Below are positions 10,471 through 19,233 of a stretch of DNA of 64,000 nt, piece after piece. Source of the stretch: Minisyncoccota bacterium (lineage in GTDB: Bacteria > Patescibacteriota > Minisyncoccia > Phycocordibacterales > BOKC01). The translations under genes and the position numbers were made by a program. Below the pieces are notes generated by a model. It worked only from the letters and a program-made list of their open reading frames with translations, did no database searches and was not told the DNA's origin. Location of the stretch: the NCBI GenBank assembly GCA_030583745.1, contig CP129473.1, forward strand, positions 552,211 through 616,210, in the 5' to 3' direction. Each line of letters begins with the position of its first letter. Within the stretch, counting starts at the first letter, position 1.

Positions 10471-11055
10471 ATGCTTATACCAACAGTTATAGAAAAAAGC
10501 CAATTTGGCGAAAGGGCCTACGACATCTATTCTCGGCTCCTAAAAGAAAGAATTATTTTTTTGGGTGGGCCGATTGACGATTATGTTGCTAACTTAGTTA
10601 TTGCCCAGCTTTTGTTTTTAGAATCAGAAGACAACAAAAAGGACGTGTCTTTGTATATTAACTCTCCAGGCGGTTCGGTAACTTCTACTTTAGCGATGCT
10701 CGATACCATGAACCACATAAAACCGGATGTCGCTACGGTCTGTGTGGGTATTGCCGCTTCAGGTGCTGCTATTCTTCTTTCTGCTGGTGCCAAAGGTAAA
10801 AGATTTGCTCTGCCAAATTCTGAAGTTATGATCCACCAGCCATGGGGTGGGGCGCAAGGTCAAGCAACGGACATAGAAATTACCGCTAAACAAATTTTAA
10901 AAACCAGAGACAAATTAAATCAGATTTTAGCCGAACAAACCGGTCAGTCGTTGGAAAAAATCAAAAAAGATGTGGATCGCGACTATTTTATGTCGGCGGA
11001 AGAAGCCAAAAAATACGGAATTATAGATAAGATTCACCAACCAAAAAGTTCTTGA
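10471..11055 (+). CDS. clpP: ATP-dependent Clp protease proteolytic subunit ClpP
   Basis: Catalytic Ser motif ([11 protein letters not shown]), His motif MIHQP, and [14 protein letters not shown]. The start is taken at MLIPTV within the longer ORF that begins at 10423. Confidence 0.9.
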   Translation: MLIPTVIEKSQFGERAYDIYSRLLKERIIFLGGPIDDYVANLVIAQLLFLESEDNKKDVSLYINSPGGSVTSTLAMLDTMNHIKPDVATVCVGIAASGAAILLSAGAKGKRFALPNSEVMIHQPWGGAQGQATDIEITAKQILKTRDKLNQILAEQTGQSLEKIKKDVDRDYFMSAEEAKKYGIIDKIHQPKSS

Positions 11056-11060
11056 TTTAC

Positions 11061-11088
11061 TTGCGTCTTGTTCCCTCTTTGTTATACT
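11061..11088 (+). promoter_or_regulatory. sigma70-like promoter TTGCGT-N16-TATACT
   Basis: acTTGCGTcttgttccctctttgtTATACTtaa, downstream of the clpP stop. Confidence 0.45.
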
Positions 11089-11094
11089 TAATTT

Positions 11095-11257
11095 GTCTGT
11101 TCTAGGTTTTGCAGGTTGTCCAGTTGGTGCCTGTCGGTCAAAGGTCTGACGCTCAATCGGCTCTAGACCGGCCACCCGCCCTGTGGGGCAAGAAAACGGG
11201 TAAAACTGGCTCCTGCGAATACCGGCCCCGGGGCGTTTCCACGCCCCGGGGCTTTTT
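11095..11257 (+). ncRNA. candidate structured small RNA (~160 nt, GC ~55%) between clpP and rny, ending in a strong intrinsic terminator
   Basis: GC-rich block CAGUUGGUGCCUGUCGGUCAAAGGUCUGACG...GGCCACCCGCCCUGUGGGGCAAG...; terminator GCCCCGGGGCG-TTTCC-CGCCCCGGGGC plus TTTTT at 11225..11257; no ORF. Confidence 0.4.
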
Positions 11258-11474
11258 CCTAGACTTTTTTGAAACTATAGAGTACTATAAAAAAGTACTT
11301 TTATTTTTTTAATTTGATGATTTCGCTTCTTTTTAGCTTTTCTTTCGGATTTTTCCTAAATTTTCAGGTCATGTTCAAGAAAAAACCAATCTTACCAAAT
11401 TCTTTACTTCCTTTTTAGGATTTTTCTGCGTTAGAAAATAGAAAGTTCAGAAGAAAGCGAATTCATTCGCTTTT

Positions 11475-13004
11475 ATGTCGTTAAAAATAGTGTTGCTGTT
11501 GCTTATAGCGGCGGGTTTAGCCGGAATCGCTTTTGGCTACTTTTTGCGTTGGATTATTTCACTTGGCAAAAAGGGTTCTGTTGAGCTTGAAATCAAGCAG
11601 AGAATTTTTGAAGCTAATACCGAAGCTAAGAAAATTGTTTCGGAAGCTGAAGAAAAAGCCAGAAAATTTCTTGAAGAAGCAAAAAAAGAAATCAAAGAAA
11701 GAGAGGTTGGAATTAAGAGGCAAGAAGAGAGGTTGATAAAAAAAGAAGAATTTTTGGATAAAAGGCAGGTTGATATAGACAAAGAAGCTGAAAGTATAAG
11801 ACAGAAAGTTGTTGAAGTCAGGGCGATTAAGGATAAAGTTGATGAGGTTTTGAAACAACGTCAATCGGAGCTTGAGAAAATAAGTCAATTAAGCAAGGAC
11901 GAGGCCAGAAAGGAACTTTTTGCTTCTGTTGAGAAAGAGAGCGAAGAAGATTTGGTTGCCCGGATGCAAAAACTTGAATCCCAAGCAAATGAGCGCTTGG
12001 AGAGAAAGGCGAAAGATATTTTAGCTACTACGATTCAGAGGTTGGCGTCTTCGGTTTCTTCAGACATTATGACCACAAACGTTGTAATTCCTTCTGATGA
12101 AGTGAAGGGTAAAATTATCGGCAAAGAAGGGCGTAATATCAAGGCCTTTGAGCGGGTAACTGGCGTTGAAGTTATAATTGATGACACACCGGGCTCTATC
12201 ACTCTTTCTTCTTTTGACCCTATCCGACGTCAAGTTGCTAAAGTGGCTTTGGAAAATCTTATTTTAGATGGCAGAATTCAGCCGGTAAAAATTGAGGAGA
12301 TGGTTGCTAAATCAAAAGAGGAAATTAGCAAGATAATTAAAGAAAAAGGTGAACAAGCGGCTTACGAATGCGGGGTTTTGAATCTTGATCCAAGAATTAT
12401 TATGATTCTAGGCCGACTCCATTTCCGTACCAGTTATGGTCAAAACGTGCTCCAACACTCAATTGAAATGACCCATATTGCTGGAATGCTTGCCGAAGAG
12501 CTTGGGGCAGACATTGCTGTAGCTAAAGCCGGCGCTCTTCTACACGATATCGGCAAAGCCCTTGACCATGAAGTAGCCGGTAGCCACGTCGAGATCGGAC
12601 GCAGAATTCTTCAAAAGTTTGGCGCTAGCGAAGAGATTATAAAAGCTATGCAGGCCCATCATGGTGAATACCCTTACGAGACCATAGAGTCAATAATCGT
12701 TCAGGTGGCTGATGCTATTTCTGGGGGACGCCCGGGCGCCAGAAGAGATACGGTGGAAAACTATTTGAAACGCCTTGGAGAGCTTGAGGCAATAGCCAAT
12801 TCATTTAAGGGGGTTGAAAAATCTTACGCTCTGCAAGCCGGAAGAGAGATCAGGATTTTTGTTACTCCAGATCAAGTTTCTGATTTAGATGCCCAAAAAA
12901 TGGCTAGAGATATAGCTTTAAGAGTTGAAAATGAGCTAAAATATCCGGGTGAAATAAGAGTAACTGTTATTAGAGAAACTAGAGTTGTAGAATATGCTCG
13001 GTAG
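11475..13004 (+). CDS. rny: ribonuclease Y
   Basis: N-terminal TM helix, coiled coil, KH domain (VIPSDEVKGKIIGKEGRNIKAFE) and HD domain (LLHDIGK). Confidence 0.9.
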   Translation: MSLKIVLLLLIAAGLAGIAFGYFLRWIISLGKKGSVELEIKQRIFEANTEAKKIVSEAEEKARKFLEEAKKEIKEREVGIKRQEERLIKKEEFLDKRQVDIDKEAESIRQKVVEVRAIKDKVDEVLKQRQSELEKISQLSKDEARKELFASVEKESEEDLVARMQKLESQANERLERKAKDILATTIQRLASSVSSDIMTTNVVIPSDEVKGKIIGKEGRNIKAFERVTGVEVIIDDTPGSITLSSFDPIRRQVAKVALENLILDGRIQPVKIEEMVAKSKEEISKIIKEKGEQAAYECGVLNLDPRIIMILGRLHFRTSYGQNVLQHSIEMTHIAGMLAEELGADIAVAKAGALLHDIGKALDHEVAGSHVEIGRRILQKFGASEEIIKAMQAHHGEYPYETIESIIVQVADAISGGRPGARRDTVENYLKRLGELEAIANSFKGVEKSYALQAGREIRIFVTPDQVSDLDAQKMARDIALRVENELKYPGEIRVTVIRETRVVEYAR

Positions 13005-13194
13005 GGGTCAGCAGTAGAGAGGATATCAGATAATAATTTTTTCCTGGAACGTCTAGATTTGAATTGTGAAGAACACTTGCTCTTAAAAAACCTTGATATA
13101 TAATGTTTTTTGAGCTATAAAGCAAGAAAGCTTTGTGGAATAAGGAAAAGTCGAATTTCCTTTCTGACAATTTATCAGTAAAAATCGTTTTACT

Positions 13195-13467
13195 ATGAAT
13201 AAAGCATCAATTGTGGAGGCCGTTCACGCCAAGATCGGTGGTACCAAAGTTCAAGCCGAGCAGGCCGTTGATACGGTAGTTGATTCAATTATTAGTGCCT
13301 TGAAACAAGGTAACGAAGTTTCTATTGCCGGCCTCGGTATCTTTTCAGTTAAAACTCGCGCCGCAAGAACCGCTCGAAATCCTCGCACCGGCGAGAGTAT
13401 TCAGGTTCCTTCAATGAAGGTTCCTAAGTTTAGAGCCGCCAAAGGTCTTAAAGACGCTGTAAAATAA
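13195..13467 (+). CDS. hup: DNA-binding protein HU
   Basis: 90 aa; the GFGxF arm motif appears as GLGIFSVKTRAARTARNPRTGE and PKFRAAKGLKDAV. Confidence 0.9.
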   Translation: MNKASIVEAVHAKIGGTKVQAEQAVDTVVDSIISALKQGNEVSIAGLGIFSVKTRAARTARNPRTGESIQVPSMKVPKFRAAKGLKDAVK

Positions 13468-13507
13468 CGGCTCAAGAGAAAAGGAATTTCCATAAGGTCT
13501 GCAAAAA

Positions 13508-13536
13508 CATCCTGCTAAAAGCAGGATGTTTTTGTT
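13508..13536 (+). terminator. rho-independent terminator after hup
   Basis: CATCCTGC-TAAAA-GCAGGATG hairpin followed by TTTTTGTTTT. Confidence 0.7.
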
Positions 13537-13538
13537 TT

Positions 13539-13982
13539 GGTGCGGGATGGGAGAATCGGTCACAAATATTTTGCTTCGCAAAATTTCGCTACCCCGTCTC
13601 GCTCTCGCCTTCGGCGAGAAGCTCCGACCTTCGATTCTCCACGCAGGCAAAGCAGTTTGCCTGCTCATCCCTTCCTCACTACGTTCGGTGCGGGATGGGA
13701 GAATCGGTCACAAATATTTTGCTTCGCAAAATTTCGCTACCCCGTCTCGCTCTCGCCTTTGGCGAGAAGCTCCGACCTTCGATTCTCCACGCAGGCAAAG
13801 CAGTTTGCCTGCTCATCCCTTCCTCACTACGTTCGGTGCGGGATGGGAGAATCGGTCACAAATATTTTGCTTCGCAAAATTTCGCTACCCCGTCTCGCTC
13901 TCGCCTTTGGCGAGAAGCTCCGACCTTCGATTCTCCACGCAGGCAAAGCAGTTTGCCTGCTCATCCCTTCCTCACTACGTTC
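13539..13982. repeat. 3 tandem copies of a 148-bp unit; each unit begins with the 20-nt 3' end of the adjacent tRNA-Gly(UCC)
   Basis: Unit starts at 13539, 13687 and 13835. They are near-identical, with one difference seen (ccttcgg in the first unit, cctttgg in the later two). The first 20 nt of each (ggtgcgggatgggagaatcg) equal the reverse complement of the tRNA 3' end at 13983..14002. Confidence 0.9.
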
Positions 13983-14055
13983 GGTGCGGGATGGGAGAAT
14001 CGAACTCCCGACCGCGGTTTGGAAAACCGCTATTATACCATTTAACTAATCCCGC
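13981..14055 (-). tRNA. tRNA-Gly (anticodon UCC)
   Basis: The minus-strand sequence GCGGGAT-TA-GTTAAATGGTATAAT-A-GCGGT-TTTCCAA-ACCGC-GGTC-GGGAG-TTCGATT-CTCCC-ATCCCGC-A-CC folds as a cloverleaf. The 7-nt anticodon loop TTTCCAA gives UCC. The terminal A of CCA is not encoded. Confidence 0.85.
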
Positions 14056-14082
14056 CCTTTTTCTAAACTCTAAAATACTAGC

Positions 14083-14123
14083 AAAAAACAAAAACCTCGA
14101 CAAATTTGTCGAGGTTTTTGTTT
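14083..14123. terminator. bidirectional intrinsic terminator (perfect 20-nt palindrome CCTCGACAAATTTGTCGAGG flanked by an A-tract and a T-tract)
   Basis: A-run, then the palindrome, then TTTTTG; it can terminate transcripts from either strand. Confidence 0.65.
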
Positions 14124-14387
14124 CTGAAAAGTCAGTGAAAGTTACATAGAACCTTCTCCACCTCCTTCTGTTCCTTCAGTTTCAGGAGCCGGGGTAGTTT
14201 CTTCTCCGTTGTCTACTGGTGTTTGATTGTCGTCCATTGTTTTTTATATTAACCCTGCAAAACCTGCCATCAAAAATTTATTTTAGCGGCAGACAAATCA
14301 GGATGTATTGATAATTATTAAATCCGGCTTTTAGCCAGATTCTTCCCTATTATACACTATATCTAGAAAAGTCAAAATATTTATCCC

Positions 14388-14714
14388 TCAATTATCAACA
14401 TCTAAAGCTTTCTGGAAGTCGTCATTTACATCCAACTTATTTGTTTTTTCTAAACCGCATGAGAGGCATTTGTGCAACAATAGATTTTTCTGGCTTCTCT
14501 TGAAAAAAGAAATCGGCTTCATGAGTCCACCGCAGTCCGAGCCCCTGTCCCCCGGGTTTATATCTACATGCCGGCTCCAAAGGCAAACGGGGCAATGATT
14601 GGTGTAGCCGTTTCCTTTCACAAACTGTCTGCAATTCAAACACTCAAAGTCCTCTATTTTTCTTTGAAATCTTTTCATTAAAACATTCATTGTTCTTGAG
14701 AAATATGCTAGCAT
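14388..14714 (-). CDS. RNHCP-domain protein
   Basis: GYTNHCPVCLWSRH matches the RNHCP signature; Cys-rich (CLNC..., CLSCGLEK). Confidence 0.65.
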   Translation of the reverse strand: MLAYFSRTMNVLMKRFQRKIEDFECLNCRQFVKGNGYTNHCPVCLWSRHVDINPGDRGSDCGGLMKPISFFKRSQKNLLLHKCLSCGLEKTNKLDVNDDFQKALDVDN

Positions 14715-14735
14715 AGCGATGTTGAAGAAAAAAGA

Positions 14736-14806
14736 CGGAGCGTAGTATAACGGTAGTATACATGGTTTGGGACCATGCGGTCCGAGTTCGATTCTCGGCG
14801 CTCCGA
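14736..14806 (+). tRNA. tRNA-Pro (anticodon UGG)
   Basis: Acceptor stem CGGAGCG/CGCTCCG; anticodon stem CATGG/CCATG with loop TTTGGGA gives UGG; T-arm CCGAG-TTCGATT-CTCGG; no encoded CCA. Confidence 0.85.
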
Positions 14807-14944
14807 ACGAAACGAAGTGGGGTGAGGGGTGAGCAAGCCAACTTCTTGGCCTGTGTTCGGAATAGAACGATGGAGCATGTTATGAGGGTGGGAAACACTC
14901 TCGGTGTCTCGATCAAATAAAGATTTGGTTTCTATCTAATTTTT

Positions 14945-15358
14945 CTATTCCGGCAGAATGTCCTCAATCATCCGGACTTTTGCTGTTTTTCGGTCCGGGC
15001 TTAATAGAATTGCAATTACCGCGAATTTCCAATCAGAATTTTCCATTTTATTTTGTAATAAATACGTTTGGACAGCCATGCCGATTCTCTTTATCTTATG
15101 CTTCTCGACTCTTTCTTCCGGCCGATTCAATTCCCTATCTTCTTTCTCAAGACTAGTTTTGACTTCAATGAAATAATAAAAAATGTCTTTTTTAGAGACA
15201 ATGTCTATTTCCCCAAATTTTCGTCTAAAATTACGATTAAGTATTTTATAACCCTTATTTTTGAGGAATTTGCAGGCAATTTCCTCACCTAACTCCCCTG
15301 TTTCTAAATGTTCCGGCAATTTTTTATTGTCTTTTTGACTTTTAAATGAAAATACCAT
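14945..15358 (-). CDS. yraN: UPF0102/YraN-family endonuclease-like protein
   Basis: GEIDIV...FIEVK pattern and overall 137-aa architecture typical of YraN. Confidence 0.7.
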   Translation of the reverse strand: MVFSFKSQKDNKKLPEHLETGELGEEIACKFLKNKGYKILNRNFRRKFGEIDIVSKKDIFYYFIEVKTSLEKEDRELNRPEERVEKHKIKRIGMAVQTYLLQNKMENSDWKFAVIAILLSPDRKTAKVRMIEDILPE

Positions 15359-15556
15359 TTTTACGGCTTAAACAAAGGATTTTTGGGTGAAAAATAATAA
15401 TTTTTTGTCCAATAAAATTTTGTCCTTTATGCACATTTCCCCAGAGTTATCCACAGATATTGTCGTTAAGAAGTTATATTTTGATGCTAGTGTGTCCGCA
15501 CGATAATTTTGTGATAGCGCACGGCACAGGGTAAAAACCAATGGTAAAAATTTAGT

Positions 15557-15628
15557 GTGCGGGTAGGGAGAATCGAACTCCCGTCTGATCCTTGGCAAGG
15601 ACCTGTCATACCACTAAACTATACCCGC
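15557..15628 (-). tRNA. tRNA-Gly (anticodon GCC)
   Basis: Minus-strand GCGGGTA...GGTCC-TTGCCAA-GGATC...GGGAG-TTCGATT-CTCCC-TACCCGC-A; the anticodon loop gives GCC. Confidence 0.85.
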
Positions 15629-15901
15629 AGTATCATTAAAACTTTTAACTTGTAAAAGTTAACGATAACCATAATAACAGAATAATAAATTCATTGTCCA
15701 GAGTAATTTGTTGTTAGTTTTGGTTATCGGTCATCATTTATTAGTTATTATAAACAATGTTTTTCTTTGTCGGAGTTCGGATTACTGAAATTCTAACGAA
15801 TTTCAGTCTTGGCGGCAAATTCTTTGTTCTTTTAAATTATTAAAAATGAAAAGACCACCGTTCGCTTTCGCTACTAGGCGGCCTGGCTGTGGAGGGATGT
15901 T

Positions 15902-16351
15902 CTACTCGTTCATTCCCACCATCTTCTTGAGCTCATGCAGTAAGCTCTTCTTCGGATTGGGATTGAGGTCGTTGCTGACGTCCCAACTTGCACCCGAGTG
16001 GATGATATGCAGGATGCGCTCACGCAACTTCATCACATCCTTCGCCGAAGTGCCCTGCACGGTTAAGATCAAGTTTCGAGAGCCGAACCGCAGAAGATGC
16101 TGATCGTTCTGTTCGTACTCCTTGAACCCATTGCGACACACTTGTCCATGTGCGTTGCCGAGGTAGAAGTAAGCTTCCAACGGCTCCTGGGGGCCGCGCC
16201 AACCCTCTCGCGGATCTGTGGAAGAGACATTAATCCCCATCCTCCAACTCACAGTCATCCCCTCCGGAACGACGAAGTCATCCGGCAGGGTGACGAACGA
16301 GAGTTTGCGGACGACTTCTCCTTCGCGATTCAAAAGAACTAGACTCGACAT
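15902..16351 (-). CDS. hypothetical 149-aa protein in a GC-rich (~55%) island; no recognisable family
   Basis: Uninterrupted 149-codon ORF; strong ribosome-binding site (AAAGGAG-7nt-ATG); sigma70-like promoter upstream; composition unlike the host. Confidence 0.6.
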   Translation of the reverse strand: MSSLVLLNREGEVVRKLSFVTLPDDFVVPEGMTVSWRMGINVSSTDPREGWRGPQEPLEAYFYLGNAHGQVCRNGFKEYEQNDQHLLRFGSRNLILTVQGTSAKDVMKLRERILHIIHSGASWDVSNDLNPNPKKSLLHELKKMVGMNE

Positions 16352-16440
16352 GGTACTACTCCTTTCTTCTTTGCGTCTTGAGTTGTCCCAAGATCGCTGA
16401 GTGAAGTGAACAAGCCATCATGGTGATTGCTCTAAATATT

Positions 16441-16468
16441 AGTATAGCAATTTATACTAGTTTGTCAA
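16441..16468 (-). promoter_or_regulatory. sigma70-like promoter TTGACA-N16-TATACT driving the GC-rich gene at 15902..16351
   Basis: Minus-strand reading: ccTTGACAaactagtataaattgcTATACTaat. Confidence 0.55.
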
Positions 16469-16547
16469 GGTTTCGTGAAGATAAAAAACAGCCATATTTC
16501 AGGTCATTTTTCACTCAAAAATCCAATGATTAACTTTTCCAACGCGG

Positions 16548-16619
16548 TGCCCCCGGCAGGAATTGAACCCACATCAACCGGTTCGAAGCCGGTTATTCTA
16601 TCCATTAAACTACGGGGGC
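16548..16619 (-). tRNA. tRNA-Arg (anticodon UCG)
   Basis: Minus-strand GCCCCCG-TA-GTTTAATGGATAGAAT-A-ACCGG-CTTCGAA-CCGGT...GGGTTCAATTCC...CGGGGGC-A-CC; the anticodon loop gives UCG. Confidence 0.8.
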
Positions 16620-16681
16620 GATGCCTAAAATTATATTGAAAAATTAGCGAAAAATCAAAGTCTGTAATAAAATTTAAGATT

Positions 16682-18169
16682 ATGCATCTGAACAATCCTA
16701 AAATTCCTAAGGAAATAATAAAAATTGCCGAAGAGTTGAAAAATGCCGGTTTTGAAGCTTATCTTGTGGGCGGTTGTGTTCGAGATTTGATTATTGGATT
16801 GAAACCGAAGGATTGGGATTTTGCCACCAATGCCCTACCCGACGAGATAATGAAGATTTTTAAAAACTCATTCTACGAAAATGAATACGGTACTGTCGGG
16901 GTTGTTAACGATTCGCCAGACGATGGAAATTTAGACGAGACTTTGAAAGTCGTAGAAATCACCCCCTACAGAGAAGAGACCGGCTATTCTGATTTTAGAA
17001 GGCCAGATGAAGTTAAGTTCGGGACAACATTGGAGAAAGACTTGAGCCGTAGGGATTTCACTATAAACGCCATAGCTCTAGACCCACATAAAGGACAAGT
17101 TATTGACCCATATAAAGGACAAGTTGATATAAAAGACAAAATTATAAAGGCCGTAGGCAAACCAGAAGAAAGATTTGGAGAAGACGGTTTAAGAATTCTA
17201 AGAGCTGTCCGTTTAGCTTCGGAGTTGGGATTTGAAATTGAAAAGCAAACAAGGACAGCGATTGTTTCCGGTTCGAGTTTCATAAGAAACATATCTCAAG
17301 AAAGGATAAGAGATGAGTTTTCTCGAATAATAATGTCAAAAAGCCCAGAAAATGGCCTTATTCTTTGCCAAGAGCTAGGTATTTTAAAAGAATTTTTACC
17401 AGAATTGGAAAGAGCTGTTGGGATAAAACAAAATAAAGCGCATTCTTACGATGTTTGGACGCACCTTTTAAAGAGTTTACAGCATGCAGCCAACAAAAAT
17501 ATGTCTTTTCACGTGAAACTATCAGCTCTATTCCACGATATTTCAAAGCCAAATACTAGGAGGTGGTCAGAAGAAAAAAAGGATTGGACTTTTTACGGTC
17601 ACGATGTTGTTGGTTCACGTGAAACAGAGAGAATATTAAAAAGACTGAAGTTTCCCGTGAAAACGGTTGAGAAAGTTTCTAAACTGGTTAGATGGCACAT
17701 GTTCTTTTCTGACACCGATAAAATAACACTTTCTGCGGTGAGAAGATTGGTTGCGAATGTGGGAAAAGAAGATATTTGGGAATTAATGGATTTAAGGTCT
17801 TGTGATCGAATAGGAACAGGGAGGCCAAAAGAAAGCCCATATAGATTAAGGAAATTCCATTCAATGATAGAAGAGGTTATTGCTGACCCAGTCTCTGTAT
17901 CTATGCTAAAGATAGATGGTGCGAGAATAATGGAAGTTACACAAGAAACACCCGGACCAAGAATAGGTTTTATTCTGCACGCACTACTTGAAGATGTTTT
18001 GGATGACCCGTCTTTAAATGATGAAAAATACTTAGAAAATAGGGCAGTTGAGCTATCAAAATTGGCAAATTCAGAACTTGAGAAGATAGGGCAAAGCGCA
18101 AAAGGTAGGAAGGAAGAGGAGGAAAACAAAAAATTGGCTGAAATTCGTGGAAAATACTATGTTAAATAG
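16682..18169 (+). CDS. cca: CCA-adding tRNA nucleotidyltransferase (class II) with an HD domain
   Basis: GGCVRDLIIG...DWDFAT head-domain motif and HD-domain His/Asp residues (HSYDVWTHLL, LFHDISKP). Confidence 0.85.
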   Translation: MHLNNPKIPKEIIKIAEELKNAGFEAYLVGGCVRDLIIGLKPKDWDFATNALPDEIMKIFKNSFYENEYGTVGVVNDSPDDGNLDETLKVVEITPYREETGYSDFRRPDEVKFGTTLEKDLSRRDFTINAIALDPHKGQVIDPYKGQVDIKDKIIKAVGKPEERFGEDGLRILRAVRLASELGFEIEKQTRTAIVSGSSFIRNISQERIRDEFSRIIMSKSPENGLILCQELGILKEFLPELERAVGIKQNKAHSYDVWTHLLKSLQHAANKNMSFHVKLSALFHDISKPNTRRWSEEKKDWTFYGHDVVGSRETERILKRLKFPVKTVEKVSKLVRWHMFFSDTDKITLSAVRRLVANVGKEDIWELMDLRSCDRIGTGRPKESPYRLRKFHSMIEEVIADPVSVSMLKIDGARIMEVTQETPGPRIGFILHALLEDVLDDPSLNDEKYLENRAVELSKLANSELEKIGQSAKGRKEEEENKKLAEIRGKYYVK

Positions 18170-18200
18170 CCAAGATACAGGTTTCACTTGAAACAGACAA

Positions 18201-18226
18201 AGCCTCGCGGTTGCGAGGCTTTTTTG
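18201..18226 (+). terminator. rho-independent terminator after cca
   Basis: AGCCTCGC-GGTT-GCGAGGCT hairpin followed by TTTTTTG. Confidence 0.7.
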
Positions 18227-18462
18227 TCTTTAATCGCCACGAGCAGAAATATCAGATAATTATACCTAGTTTTTAAGATGAAGTTTGTAGTGTGTATTTA
18301 TCGAACATCTCCGTTCGGGCGTTTTGCGGTTGAACCGCTGAAGAACAACATCTACTCGGCAACAGAGGTTGCCTAAAAGACATCCTTTTTAATTATACAA
18401 ATTAATAAAGGACATAAAAGTTTTTAAAGGACAAATATGTGGATAACTCGAACGAGTAATGA

Positions 18463-19233
18463 TTATTTGGCTATATTTAAAGAAATAGGGCAGTGGTCTG
18501 AACCAAAGATTTCGCTGTGTATTTTTGTTGAGATTAAATTTGGCATAAGATCTTGACTGGCAAAAAAATAATCAATTCTCCAACCAACATTTCGGTTTCT
18601 GGCAAAAGTTTTCATATCCCAGTAGGTGTAAGCTTCCTTTATGTCGGGGTAAAAATGACGAAATACATCCAAATATCCTCTTGCTATGACTTTGTCTATC
18701 CACGCGCGTTCTTCTGGAAGAAAACCTGTGTTTTTTGAATTTTCTCTTGGTCTGGCCAGATCAATTTCTTTGTGTGCGGTGTTTATATCTCCACAAAATA
18801 TGACAGAAAGCCCCATTTTTCTTAGATTTTCTGTGAATTTTAAGAATTCTTCGTAGAATTCAAGTTTGAATTTTAATCTATCCGGCCCGCTCCCGCCGTT
18901 TGGAAAATAGACATTTATTAAAGCTAAATCACCAAAATAAGCCGTTAAAAGCCGTCCTTCTTTATCAAATTTTTCTTGCCCCATTCCTTCTTCAACTGCG
19001 TCCGGTTTGTCTTTTGAATAAATGGCAACTCCGCTATAGCCCTTTTTTTCTTTGGAGTGGTCAAAAAAGCTGAAATATCCTTGAGGATTTCTGACCTCTT
19101 CCGGAAGTTGGTCTGGATGAGCTTTGGTCTCTTGAAGACAGAGAATATCGGGCTTTTCGTTCAAAAACCAATCCCAACAACCCTTTTTATAGCAAGCCCT
19201 TATGCCATTTACGTTCCAAGATATGATTTTCAC
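18463..19233 (-). CDS. xth: exodeoxyribonuclease III
   Basis: MKIISWNVNGIR...DILCLQETK and a C-terminal SDHCPI motif. Confidence 0.9.
   Translation of the reverse strand: MKIISWNVNGIRACYKKGCWDWFLNEKPDILCLQETKAHPDQLPEEVRNPQGYFSFFDHSKEKKGYSGVAIYSKDKPDAVEEGMGQEKFDKEGRLLTAYFGDLALINVYFPNGGSGPDRLKFKLEFYEEFLKFTENLRKMGLSVIFCGDINTAHKEIDLARPRENSKNTGFLPEERAWIDKVIARGYLDVFRHFYPDIKEAYTYWDMKTFARNRNVGWRIDYFFASQDLMPNLISTKIHSEIFGSDHCPISLNIAK

Noticed and set aside
13539-13982. CRISPR array
   Set aside because: The 148-bp units are contiguous, with no unique spacers and no cas genes. No CRISPR-like repeat-spacer structure was seen anywhere else in the window either.
13526-14149. ORF-track entries 13526..14149, 13537..14049, 13695..14045 (+) and 13411..13668 (-)
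   Set aside because: They lie entirely within or across the 148-bp tandem repeats and tRNA-Gly. Their repetitive Arg/Ser-rich translations are frame artefacts of the repeat.
14644-14916. 90-aa minus-strand ORF overlapping tRNA-Pro, and 16504..16695 overlapping tRNA-Arg
   Set aside because: They overlap well-formed tRNA genes, so they are spurious.
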